Source: an uncultured Pelagibacteraceae bacterium (GTDB taxonomy: Bacteria > Pseudomonadota > Alphaproteobacteria > Pelagibacterales > Pelagibacteraceae). From it: a DNA stretch of 64,000 nucleotides. The first letter of the stretch is position 1. Each line of letters starts with the position of its first letter. Position numbers and translations under genes: made by a program. Shown here piece after piece: positions 53,766 through 62,412 of this stretch. The DNA lies in the NCBI GenBank assembly GCA_902577125.1, contig CACGXX010000002.1:314-64313 (forward strand). Reading direction: 5' to 3'. The notes under the pieces were generated by a model. That model saw nothing but the letters and a program-made list of their open reading frames with translations, did no database searches and was not told where the DNA came from.

Positions 53766-54740
53766 TTACTTTGCTAAAGATGATACTTTTTTAACTAAAG
53801 CACCACCCGTAGGAACTTCTGATCCAAATTGATCGTAAATCCCTTTACTAGCTGCAATAAAAGCACCTTTGTCCGCTTCATTAACTTGGACACCAGCATC
53901 TTTAATTACTTTTAATAAAGATTTTTCAAGTTTAGCAGCTTCTTTGTACACAAATTTTTGTGTATCTTGAGCAGCTTTCTCTAAAATATCTTGAACATCT
54001 GCAGGTAGTTTACTCCAGTGATCCTTATGAACAGTTACATAAGCAGGAGTATAAACGTGACCTGTGATTGATAAATATTTTTGAACTTCTTGAAATTTAG
54101 CACTAGCTATTTGAGCATATGGGTTTTCTTGTCCATCCATTGTACCTGTTTTCAAAGCAGTAAATACTTCAGAAAAAGACATTGGAGTTGGGTTTGCACC
54201 ATATGATTGGAACATTTTAACTCTCCATTTTGATTTAGGAGTTCTTAATTTAATTCCTTTTAAATCACCTGGAGTATTAATTGGTCTAGTATTATTTGTT
54301 ATATGTCTAAAACCATTTTCCCATACAGCAATAACTTTGTAACCTGTTTTATCTTCAAGGTTTTTAAACATCCCTGGTAAAACATTTTTTTCTACTTTAG
54401 CCATATGTTTTCTGTCTTTAATAATAAAAGGCATATCAAAAACACCGAACTCATCATGAATAGAAGCCATTACTGATGAAGGTAACCACATATTAACTGT
54501 ACCTAATTTTAGTTTTTGCATTCCTTGTTTGTCTTTTCCAAGTTGCGAAGAACCAAATACGGTTACTTTACCTTTGTTACCTAACCTCTTATTAGCAAGC
54601 TTAGCAAAATGATCAACTGAAGCTGAAAATAGAGAACCTGGTTTACCCACGTGTCCAAATTTCACTTCAACTGAATTTGCTGCAAAACTTAAGAATAAAG
54701 ATGAGAACAATACAACGATTATTTTACTTAATTTATTCAT
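53766..54740 (-). CDS. dctP: TRAP transporter periplasmic solute-binding protein, DctP family
   Basis: Signal peptide, SSQLG, ENGFRHITN, DLKGIKLRTP (carboxylate-binding Arg), FSEVFTAL, DGQENP. Confidence 0.93.
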   Translation of the reverse strand: MNKLSKIIVVLFSSLFLSFAANSVEVKFGHVGKPGSLFSASVDHFAKLANKRLGNKGKVTVFGSSQLGKDKQGMQKLKLGTVNMWLPSSVMASIHDEFGVFDMPFIIKDRKHMAKVEKNVLPGMFKNLEDKTGYKVIAVWENGFRHITNNTRPINTPGDLKGIKLRTPKSKWRVKMFQSYGANPTPMSFSEVFTALKTGTMDGQENPYAQIASAKFQEVQKYLSITGHVYTPAYVTVHKDHWSKLPADVQDILEKAAQDTQKFVYKEAAKLEKSLLKVIKDAGVQVNEADKGAFIAASKGIYDQFGSEVPTGGALVKKVSSLAK

Positions 54741-54862
54741 ATTTATTTCCCTTAGTTATTATTTATTTAAAATAGGTTACCTAAAATATGAATATAGATC
54801 TAGTGAATAAATTAGCTTGATAGAAAAAAATCTAAGAGTTCAAAATGAGAAAAAGTTTCAAA

Positions 54863-57241
54863 TTATTGAATGCTAGCTTGAGATTTATCATCTTTTTTAG
54901 ACATATCAACCTCAACCCATTCTGTCTTCTTCAGCTCTTTAGTTAGGGCAATTTTTAAAACCTCATCAGCAAACTCAACTGGGGTAATTTTTATCTCATC
55001 GATAATCTTTTTTGGCATGTCTACAAGGTCTTTTTCATTTTCTTTCGGAATTAAAACCTCTTTTATACCTGCTCTATGTGCCGCTAATAGCTTTTCTTTT
55101 AACCCACCAATAGGTAATACCTGGCCAGTCAATGTTACTTCGCCTGTCATAGCCACATCTCTTTTTACCGGAATGTTTGTAATTGATGAAACTATTGATG
55201 TAACCATTCCTATTCCAGCAGATGGGCCATCTTTTGGCGTTGCTCCTTCAGGAACATGAATGTGAAAATCTTTTTTCTCAAATAATGGAGGAATAATTCC
55301 ATATTCTAAGCATTTTGATCTTACAAATGATTTTGCAGCTTTAACCGACTCTTGCATGACGTCACCAAGCTTTCCAGTAATTTGCATACGGCCTTTACCT
55401 GGCATTGTTACTGTCTCTATTTTTAAAATCTCACCACCGTACTCAGTCCAGGCTAATCCTGTTACTATACCCACTCTATTTTCTGACTCTAACTCACCTG
55501 ATTTAAATTTAGGAACTCCTAAAAAGTCTGGTAGATTTTTTGTGTTAATATTGACTTCTTTTTCTTCTCCAGAGACAACCTTTTTAACTACTTTTCTTGC
55601 AATTTTAGAAATTTCTCTCTCAAGATTTCTTACACCAGACTCCTTTGTGTAACTTCTAATTACCTCTTTTATAATATCGTCACCCAAACTCATTTCTTTT
55701 TCCTTCACACCATTATCTTTTATTTGTTTTGGAAGAAGATATTTATTTGCAATATTTATTTTTTCATCTTCTGTATAGCCTGCTAATCTAATAACTTCCA
55801 TTCTATCTAATAATGGAGGTAAAATATTTAATGTATTAGCTGTAGTCACAAACATTACATCAGATAAATCATAATCAACTTCTAAATAGTGATCATTAAA
55901 AGTCGTATTTTGTTCTGGGTCTAAAGCCTCTAATAAAGCTGAAGAAGGATCTCCTCTATAATCATTTCCAACTTTATCAATCTCATCTAAAAGTATCAGT
56001 GGATTTTTAGTTCCAGCTTTTTTCATCATTTGAATAATTTTACCCGGTAAAGAACCAATATAAGTTCTTCTGTGACCTCTAATTTCAGCTTCATCTCTCA
56101 TTCCACCTACCGACATTCTTACAAACTCTCTGTTTGTTGCTTTAGCAATTGATTTTCCTAAAGATGTTTTTCCAACACCAGGCGGACCTACTAAGCATAA
56201 AATAGGGCCTTTAATCTTATCCATTCTTTTTTGGACTGCTAAAAATTCAATAATCCTCTCTTTAACTTTTTCTAAACCGAAATGATCTTTATCTAAAACT
56301 TCAAGTGCTTTTTTTAAATCGATAACGACATCACTTTTTTTATGCCAAGGAAGATCTATCATCCAATCTAAGTAATTTCTTACTACTGTAGCTTCAGCTG
56401 ACATCGGGCTCATATTTTTTAATTTTTTTAATTCTTGAAGACATTTTTTCTCAACATCTTTTGGCATTTTAGATTTAAGAATTGCTTTATTTAAACTTGT
56501 ATTTTCATCTTTGCCGTCCTCAATTTCACCTAACTCTTTTTGAATAGCTTTTAATTGTTCATTTAAATAGTACTCTCTTTGAGTTTTTTCCATTTGGGTT
56601 TTAACCCTTCCTCTAATTCTTTTTTCTACTCCAATAATGCTTGTTTCATTTTCCATTATCTTTATGATTGCATTTAATCTTTTCTTAACATCAATAGTCT
56701 CAAAAATTTGTTGTTTCTCTGAAATTGTTGCAGTGATGTGTGAAGCAATGTTATCTGCAATCTGAGATGGATCTTTTAATTGTTTAATCGTATTAATAGT
56801 TTCACTAGAAACTTTTTTATTAATAGAAGTTAATTTTTCCATTCTTCTAATTGCTGTAACAGCTAATGGATACAAATCTTCATCACCATCGATCACATCA
56901 TTGTGAGGTGTAAAGTCACAAGTTATAAACTTTTCATTATCTTTAAAATCAATAATTTTTACTCTACGAACACCCTCAACTAAAACTTTTACTGTTCCAT
57001 CTGGAAGTTTTAAAAGTTGTAAAATGCTACCTTCGCATCCATACATAAATATATCTGTTTTCTTAGGATCATCGATTTCAGAATTTTTTTGAGTTACTAA
57101 AATAATTTTTTTCTCTTTTTTCATCACCTCATTTAAAGCAGAGATTGATTTATCTCTTCCAACAAAAAGTGGAATTACCATGCTAGGAAAAACCACAATA
57201 TCTCTAAGTGGTAATAATGGTGAAGAAGTTTTTACGTCCAT
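54863..57241 (-). CDS. lon: ATP-dependent protease Lon
   Basis: PLRDIVVFP, GPPGVGKTS, PKDGPSAG (Ser), GGLKEK (Lys). Confidence 0.98.
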   Translation of the reverse strand: MDVKTSSPLLPLRDIVVFPSMVIPLFVGRDKSISALNEVMKKEKKIILVTQKNSEIDDPKKTDIFMYGCEGSILQLLKLPDGTVKVLVEGVRRVKIIDFKDNEKFITCDFTPHNDVIDGDEDLYPLAVTAIRRMEKLTSINKKVSSETINTIKQLKDPSQIADNIASHITATISEKQQIFETIDVKKRLNAIIKIMENETSIIGVEKRIRGRVKTQMEKTQREYYLNEQLKAIQKELGEIEDGKDENTSLNKAILKSKMPKDVEKKCLQELKKLKNMSPMSAEATVVRNYLDWMIDLPWHKKSDVVIDLKKALEVLDKDHFGLEKVKERIIEFLAVQKRMDKIKGPILCLVGPPGVGKTSLGKSIAKATNREFVRMSVGGMRDEAEIRGHRRTYIGSLPGKIIQMMKKAGTKNPLILLDEIDKVGNDYRGDPSSALLEALDPEQNTTFNDHYLEVDYDLSDVMFVTTANTLNILPPLLDRMEVIRLAGYTEDEKINIANKYLLPKQIKDNGVKEKEMSLGDDIIKEVIRSYTKESGVRNLEREISKIARKVVKKVVSGEEKEVNINTKNLPDFLGVPKFKSGELESENRVGIVTGLAWTEYGGEILKIETVTMPGKGRMQITGKLGDVMQESVKAAKSFVRSKCLEYGIIPPLFEKKDFHIHVPEGATPKDGPSAGIGMVTSIVSSITNIPVKRDVAMTGEVTLTGQVLPIGGLKEKLLAAHRAGIKEVLIPKENEKDLVDMPKKIIDEIKITPVEFADEVLKIALTKELKKTEWVEVDMSKKDDKSQASIQ

Positions 57242-57301
57242 AAAATCAATATGGATATTAATATTATTTTTGCAATACCTTTTTACAAGTTATTAGGGTT
57301 A

Positions 57302-58570
57302 TTAAGCCGCTGTTGTCTTAGTTGTTTTGGATTTACCATCCTTTTTTGAATGAACAATTATAGGCTGCGACAGACCTTTAGCCGCTGATGAGTCGACTAT
57401 TACCTCTTCAATATTTTCTTGACTTGGTAAATCATACATAGTTTTAAGAAGTATATTTTCTAAAATAGATCTTAAACCTCTTGCTCCTGTTTTTTTGCTA
57501 ATTGCTTTAATTGCAATTTCTTTAAGTGCAGAGTCTTTAAATATTAATTTTGCTCCATCTAGTTTAAATAACTCTTGATATTGTTTTGTTAAAGAATTTT
57601 TTGGTTCTTGCAGTATCTTAATTAAAGATTTTTCATCTAAATCTTCTAGAGTTGCAATCATAGGTAATCTACCAATAAACTCAGGTATTAATCCATATTT
57701 GAGCAAATCCTCAGGCTCTAAGTTCTTCATCCACTCACCAGTCTTTTTATCTTGTATATTCTTTACATCTGCTCCAAAACCAATAGATGTACCTTTATCT
57801 CTCTGAGAAATAATTTTATCAAGTCCCGCAAATGCTCCACCACAAATAAATAAAATATTTGTAGTATCAACTTGTAAGAATTCTTGTTGGGGGTGTTTTC
57901 TACCACCTTGAGGAGGTACACTTGCAATTGTCCCTTCCATAATCTTTAATAAAGCTTGTTGAACACCTTCACCAGAAACGTCTCTTGTAATAGATGGATT
58001 TTCAGATTTTCTACTAATCTTATCAACCTCATCAATGTACACAATTCCCCTTTGGGCTTTTTCAACATTATAATCTGCTGCTTGTAACAATTTTAAAATA
58101 ATATTTTCTACATCCTCTCCTACATAACCTGCTTCAGTTAAAGTTGTTGCATCAGCCATTGTAAATGGAACATCTAAGATTCTAGCCAGCGTTTGTGCTA
58201 ATAATGTTTTTCCACATCCAGTTGGACCAACTAAGAGTATATTAGATTTTGCAAGCTCTACATTTTTACTAGTTTTATTTTCATAATTTAGTCTTTTGTA
58301 GTGATTGTGAACAGCTACTGATAAAACTTTTTTTGCGTGAGATTGTCCAATTACATAATCGTCTAGGACTGTACAAATCTCTTTTGGTGATGGTAAACCA
58401 TCTTGATGTTTTACAAATGTGTCTTTGCTTTCCTCTTTTATAATATCCATACAAAGTTCAACACACTCATCACAAATGAAGACAGTTGGACCTGCAATTA
58501 ATTTTCTTACTTCGTGTTGGCTTTTGCCGCAGAAAGAGCAATAAAGAATATTTTTATTATTTGTGTTCAT
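57302..58570 (-). CDS. clpX: Clp protease ATPase subunit ClpX
   Basis: CSFC...CDEC Zn finger, [17 protein letters not shown] loop. Confidence 0.98.
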   Translation of the reverse strand: MNTNNKNILYCSFCGKSQHEVRKLIAGPTVFICDECVELCMDIIKEESKDTFVKHQDGLPSPKEICTVLDDYVIGQSHAKKVLSVAVHNHYKRLNYENKTSKNVELAKSNILLVGPTGCGKTLLAQTLARILDVPFTMADATTLTEAGYVGEDVENIILKLLQAADYNVEKAQRGIVYIDEVDKISRKSENPSITRDVSGEGVQQALLKIMEGTIASVPPQGGRKHPQQEFLQVDTTNILFICGGAFAGLDKIISQRDKGTSIGFGADVKNIQDKKTGEWMKNLEPEDLLKYGLIPEFIGRLPMIATLEDLDEKSLIKILQEPKNSLTKQYQELFKLDGAKLIFKDSALKEIAIKAISKKTGARGLRSILENILLKTMYDLPSQENIEEVIVDSSAAKGLSQPIIVHSKKDGKSKTTKTTAA

Positions 58571-58657
58571 AAAATTTTAAACGAATCAATAAGTCTACTC
58601 TATTATAAATGACTCCTATTAATCAAGTTTTGGATTTTGTAAACTATATGTGGTGTT

Positions 58658-59269
58658 CTAAGATCTTTTCTCTACTACAGAGTCTATAAGTCCAAAAGAT
58701 TTAGCCGCGTCTGCAGTCATAAAATTATCTCTTTCTAAAGCAGTTTTAATTTCATCCACAGATTTGCCAGTATGTTTTGAATATATTTCATTCAATCTTT
58801 TTTTTAATGATAATACTTCATTCGCATGAATTTCGATATCAGTGGCCTGTCCTTGAAACCCCGCAGATGGTTGATGAACCATAATTCTTGAATTTGGAAG
58901 TGAAAATCTTTTTCCTTTTGTTCCAGCCGATAATAAAAAAGATCCCATCGAGGCTGCTTGTCCAATGCATAAAGTTGAAATATCTGGTTTTACATACTGC
59001 ATTGTATCGTAAATACCTAAACCTGCAGTAACAAGTCCGCCGGGACTATTAATATATAAAAAAATTTCTTTTTTAGGATCTTCTGCTTCTAGAAATAATA
59101 ATTGAGCTGTGATTAATGAAGCCACATTGTCATTAATTTGACCTGTCAAAAAAATAATTCTTTCTTTTAATAGTCTTGAATAAATATCATAAGCTCTTTC
59201 ACCTTTGTTAGATTGCTCAACAACCATGGGTATTAAGCTACTCATATGTTCTGACAGTTTATTATTCAT
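58658..59269 (-). CDS. clpP: Clp protease proteolytic subunit
   Basis: [27 protein letters not shown]. Confidence 0.98.
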   Translation of the reverse strand: MNNKLSEHMSSLIPMVVEQSNKGERAYDIYSRLLKERIIFLTGQINDNVASLITAQLLFLEAEDPKKEIFLYINSPGGLVTAGLGIYDTMQYVKPDISTLCIGQAASMGSFLLSAGTKGKRFSLPNSRIMVHQPSAGFQGQATDIEIHANEVLSLKKRLNEIYSKHTGKSVDEIKTALERDNFMTADAAKSFGLIDSVVEKRS

Positions 59270-59302
59270 AAAGTTGATTCGTATTACTTATACAACTTGA
59301 GA

Positions 59303-60715
59303 TTACTTTTTGCTAACTTTTTTTGTTTTTTTGGCAGGAGACTTAGTTTTTGGCGTAGTTTTTTTTACTTCTTTTTTTTTAGTCTCAACTTTTTTCTTTG
59401 AGGCTTGTTTTGTTCCCTCATCTTGATTTTGAGATTGTTTTAATATTTTTTCGGCTTCCTCTTTCGAAACCTCTTTTTTATTAGACTTAGCTTTCTGTTT
59501 AACAAGATTTAAAATTTTTTCCTCATAAACTGTCCCTCTTAAACTAGCTAATGCTGATTGATTTTTTTGATAAAAATCCATTACCATTTTTTCTTGACCA
59601 GGCATCATTCTTATCTGTTTTTGAACTTCAGCCTGTAATTCTTGTTCTGATACTTTTATCTGATTTTGCTCACCAAATTCATTTAATATTAAACCAACTT
59701 TAATTCTTTTTTTTGCTATTTCTTCAAAATTATCTTTACTCTTTTTTTTATCTTCATCTGTCATTCCTTGAGATAGAACTTTCACTTCTTCATCGACTAA
59801 ATTTTGTGGGATTTCATCTACTTTAAATTTCTCTAATTCTTTAAGAATTTGATTTTTTGACAATCTGTCTAGTGAATTCTTATATTCATCATTTATTTGC
59901 TTTGAAATCAAAGTTTTTAAATCTTTCAAATCTTTCGCTCCCAGATTTTTTGCAAATTGGTCATCTATTTTTACTTCCTCTGAAATTTTTACCGATAATA
60001 TTTTACAATTAAATTTTGCTTTTTTATTTACTAACTCTTTTTCAGGAAAATTTTCAGGAAGAATAGCTTCAACAACTTTTTGATCATCTTTTTTTACACC
60101 TACCAATTGTTTATCAAAACCTTTTAAAAATAAATCTTTACCTAAGGTTAATTGTGTATTTTTTCCTTCCCCTCCTTTAAATGATTTTTCATCAACGGTA
60201 GCTGTATAGTCAAAAGAAACTAAATCACCCTCTTTTGCTTTTGTTTCAGGTGGAGCATCTTTAAAGCTTGGTGTATTTTTAGCTATTTCTTTAATTCTTT
60301 TTTCAGTTTCGCTCTCGTCAATTTTAACCGTGTATTCATCAAATTTAATATTTTCTATAGATTTTAATTCAACTTTAGGAAACTCTGTGACGGAAATTAT
60401 ATATTCTAGATCTTTATCTTCACCATAAGTTTTGAGATCCAATTTTGGTTGTCCTGCTGGTTTTATTTTATTTTCCTCTAAAGCTTTTGTAGTTGTGTCT
60501 TTTAAAACTTTATCTAATACTTCACTAAATACTGCTTTCCCAAACTGTCTTTTTAAAACTTCTACTGGAACTTTACCTGGTCTAAAACCTTTTAGATTTA
60601 CAGTGCCTTTTATTTCTTCATATTTTTCATCCATATAAGAATTCATAGTTTTTTTATCGATGAAAACTTTTATATCTTTATTAAGACCTTTTTTATTTTC
60701 TACTGTAACTTTCAT
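59303..60715 (-). CDS. tig: Trigger factor
   Basis: GFRPGKVP signature, FKBP-like FKGG, Lys-rich C-terminal tail; upstream of clpP. Confidence 0.96.
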   Translation of the reverse strand: MKVTVENKKGLNKDIKVFIDKKTMNSYMDEKYEEIKGTVNLKGFRPGKVPVEVLKRQFGKAVFSEVLDKVLKDTTTKALEENKIKPAGQPKLDLKTYGEDKDLEYIISVTEFPKVELKSIENIKFDEYTVKIDESETEKRIKEIAKNTPSFKDAPPETKAKEGDLVSFDYTATVDEKSFKGGEGKNTQLTLGKDLFLKGFDKQLVGVKKDDQKVVEAILPENFPEKELVNKKAKFNCKILSVKISEEVKIDDQFAKNLGAKDLKDLKTLISKQINDEYKNSLDRLSKNQILKELEKFKVDEIPQNLVDEEVKVLSQGMTDEDKKKSKDNFEEIAKKRIKVGLILNEFGEQNQIKVSEQELQAEVQKQIRMMPGQEKMVMDFYQKNQSALASLRGTVYEEKILNLVKQKAKSNKKEVSKEEAEKILKQSQNQDEGTKQASKKKVETKKKEVKKTTPKTKSPAKKTKKVSKK

Positions 60716-60725
60716 AATACATTAA

Positions 60726-60810
60726 TGGTAGGGCGAAAAGGACTCGAACCTTCACAGATTGCTCTATCGGTTCCTAAGACCGACGCGTCTACCAATTCCG
60801 CCATCGCCCC
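60726..60810 (-). tRNA. tRNA-Leu(TAG)
   Basis: GGGGCGA acceptor strand, anticodon arm TCGGT-CT-TAG-GA-ACCGA, long variable arm, TTCGA, encoded CCA; 85 nt. Confidence 0.96.
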
Positions 60811-60825
60811 ACAAATTCAAGGGGT

Positions 60826-60854
60826 TTTATATATGATTGAAACTATTTGTCCAA
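60826..60854 (-). promoter_or_regulatory. Sigma70-type promoter for tRNA-Leu(-tig)
   Basis: TTGGAC-N17-TATAAA on the minus strand, 15 nt upstream of the tRNA. Confidence 0.55.
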
Positions 60855-60899
60855 CGACAATTATTGTAAATTATATAATTTTTACTCTATAATATTATT

Positions 60900-61151
60900 A
60901 TGGTTGTTTCTCCTTGTATAAGTATTTGCAAAACTGATCCAAAAACTGGTTATTGCTATGGGTGTGGAAGAACTAACGAAGAAAAAAAAACCTGGAAAAT
61001 AGAGTCTACAACTGACGATTGGAAAAATGAAAATCTTGAAATTATTCAGAAAAGATTAGCTGGTTGGCAGTTAGAGAGTTTTAAAGAGTCCTATACTTAT
61101 AAAATTGAAAATGGTATCTCTCTTTTCAAAAAAAAATTATTAGATGAGTAA
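60900..61151 (+). CDS. DUF1289-family small Cys-rich (predicted Fe-S) protein
   Basis: SPCISIC...GYCYGCGRT..E...W motif. Confidence 0.85.
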   Translation: MVVSPCISICKTDPKTGYCYGCGRTNEEKKTWKIESTTDDWKNENLEIIQKRLAGWQLESFKESYTYKIENGISLFKKKLLDE

Positions 61152-61317
61152 AACTACAATTGTAATTATTGTATACATTCTAGGTCTTATTTTCGGAGCA
61201 TTGTTCCTTGATTTATGGAGTGCTGACACTAATATTATTAAAGGATTAATAGGACTTGGTTGGACAGCTTTACTTTTAATTGGTTTATTTTTTGCTGAAA
61301 AAGATGAAAGAAATTAG
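61144..61317 (+). CDS. 57-aa two-TM small membrane protein (not in the ORF track)
   Basis: MSKTTIVIIVYILGLIFGALFLDLWSADTNIIKGLIGLGWTALLLIGLFFAEKDERN; overlaps the upstream stop and the downstream ATG, filling the gap. Confidence 0.75.
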   Translation: MSKTTIVIIVYILGLIFGALFLDLWSADTNIIKGLIGLGWTALLLIGLFFAEKDERN

Positions 61318-61726
61318 ATTTTTAATTTCTCTTTTATTAATAATTTTTCCCTTCCAACATCTTAAATCAGAAATAATCATTATGAGTAAATGTGATGATA
61401 AACAAGATGAATTTTTAAAAAATGAGTATATCTTAAATCTAGACGAATTAATCATGACTAGAAATTATGTTTATAAGGAAAAAACATATCAAAAATATCG
61501 ACTAACTGATTTAAGTACTAAAAAATCAAACTCTTATGTTCGAAATATTTATGAAGAAAACGGTAAAATACTAACTCATAAACACGGATATCCTCAATTT
61601 TATACTCAAATTCTTTTTGAAAAAGACAAACAAGAGATTTTCATGAAAACTGTTCTTAATGATGAAGAAGGAATATCTAAAATTTCTTCTTGTAAAAAAA
61701 TTGAGAAATTTAAAAAAGAAAGTTAA
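61304..61726 (+). CDS. Hypothetical exported protein (start moved to ATG 61304)
   Basis: MKEIRFLISLLLIIFPFQHLKS signal-like N-terminus; one Cys near each end of the mature region. Confidence 0.65.
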   Translation: MKEIRFLISLLLIIFPFQHLKSEIIIMSKCDDKQDEFLKNEYILNLDELIMTRNYVYKEKTYQKYRLTDLSTKKSNSYVRNIYEENGKILTHKHGYPQFYTQILFEKDKQEIFMKTVLNDEEGISKISSCKKIEKFKKES

Positions 61727-61848
61727 CTTTTTTTATTTTTCTTGGAGAAATTTTTTTTTTTATTTCCAAATCTATTATTAGTAATGTTGCTTCTATGTTT
61801 GGCGTAAGCTTGTTTTTGGGCTTGTTTCATTGCTCGCTTTGATGACAT
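61723..61848 (-). CDS. 41-aa highly basic small protein (not in the ORF track)
   Basis: MSSKRAMKQAQKQAYAKHRSNITNNRFGNKKKNFSKKNKKS; ATG 4 nt after the upstream stop; its stop shares TTAA with the convergent gene. Confidence 0.6.
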   Translation of the reverse strand: MSSKRAMKQAQKQAYAKHRSNITNNRFGNKKKNFSKKNKKS

Positions 61849-61852
61849 AATA

Positions 61853-62410
61853 TTAAAAATCTATTTCTATACTACCAATTTTATTAAAATTCTTATCTGC
61901 AATAACTATTTCGCCCGATGAAGGAGCATAATCTAAAGCTTCAGATATTACTACATAATGTGTCACAAAAATTAAATTTTCATTACCTTTGAATTTTTTA
62001 ACATAATTTTTCAAATCTAACATTTGTTTGTTTTTATTATTGGCAAACTTTGCGCTAAAAAAGGAATTTAAGAAATCTTTTGTTTCGAAATTTATAAAAG
62101 CTAATTTAGCAGTCTCTTTACAGCGACACCATTCACTTGAGAAAACTTTGAAAATTTGAACATCATTATCTTTAAAAAAATCTCCAATTTTTTTGGCTTG
62201 GTTTCTTCCTTCCTCACTTAAATTTCTTTGGGTATCACAGTTATTAATATCAAAATTTTCAGGATCTCCACCACCTGGTGCATATGCATGCCTAATAAAT
62301 ATAAGTTTACCACCTTTTTTAAGTTCTAAAGATAATTCTTGATTTAAATCTGCTTTAATCGATGAGGGGAAAGTTATAAAAATAATAAAAAAAAATTTTA
62401 TAAATTTCAT
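61853..62410 (-). CDS. Exported histidine phosphatase-superfamily protein
   Basis: Signal peptide, IRHA (RHG-type), QRNL, SSEWCRC.ETA, LIFVTH. Confidence 0.85.
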   Translation of the reverse strand: MKFIKFFFIIFITFPSSIKADLNQELSLELKKGGKLIFIRHAYAPGGGDPENFDINNCDTQRNLSEEGRNQAKKIGDFFKDNDVQIFKVFSSEWCRCKETAKLAFINFETKDFLNSFFSAKFANNKNKQMLDLKNYVKKFKGNENLIFVTHYVVISEALDYAPSSGEIVIADKNFNKIGSIEIDF

Positions 62411-62412
62411 TG

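Noticed and set aside
44652-54740. Island as an integrative element or prophage
   Set aside because: No integrase, transposase, phage gene or duplicated tRNA 3' end seen; it lies 5' of the tRNAs
395-60638. Numerous 60-127 aa antisense ORFs (e.g. 395-604, 9249-9554, 24823-25200, 40393-40701, 52910-53293, 55356-55652)
   Set aside because: They lie opposite well-supported genes, mostly start at TTG/GTG and have no motifs; shadow ORFs
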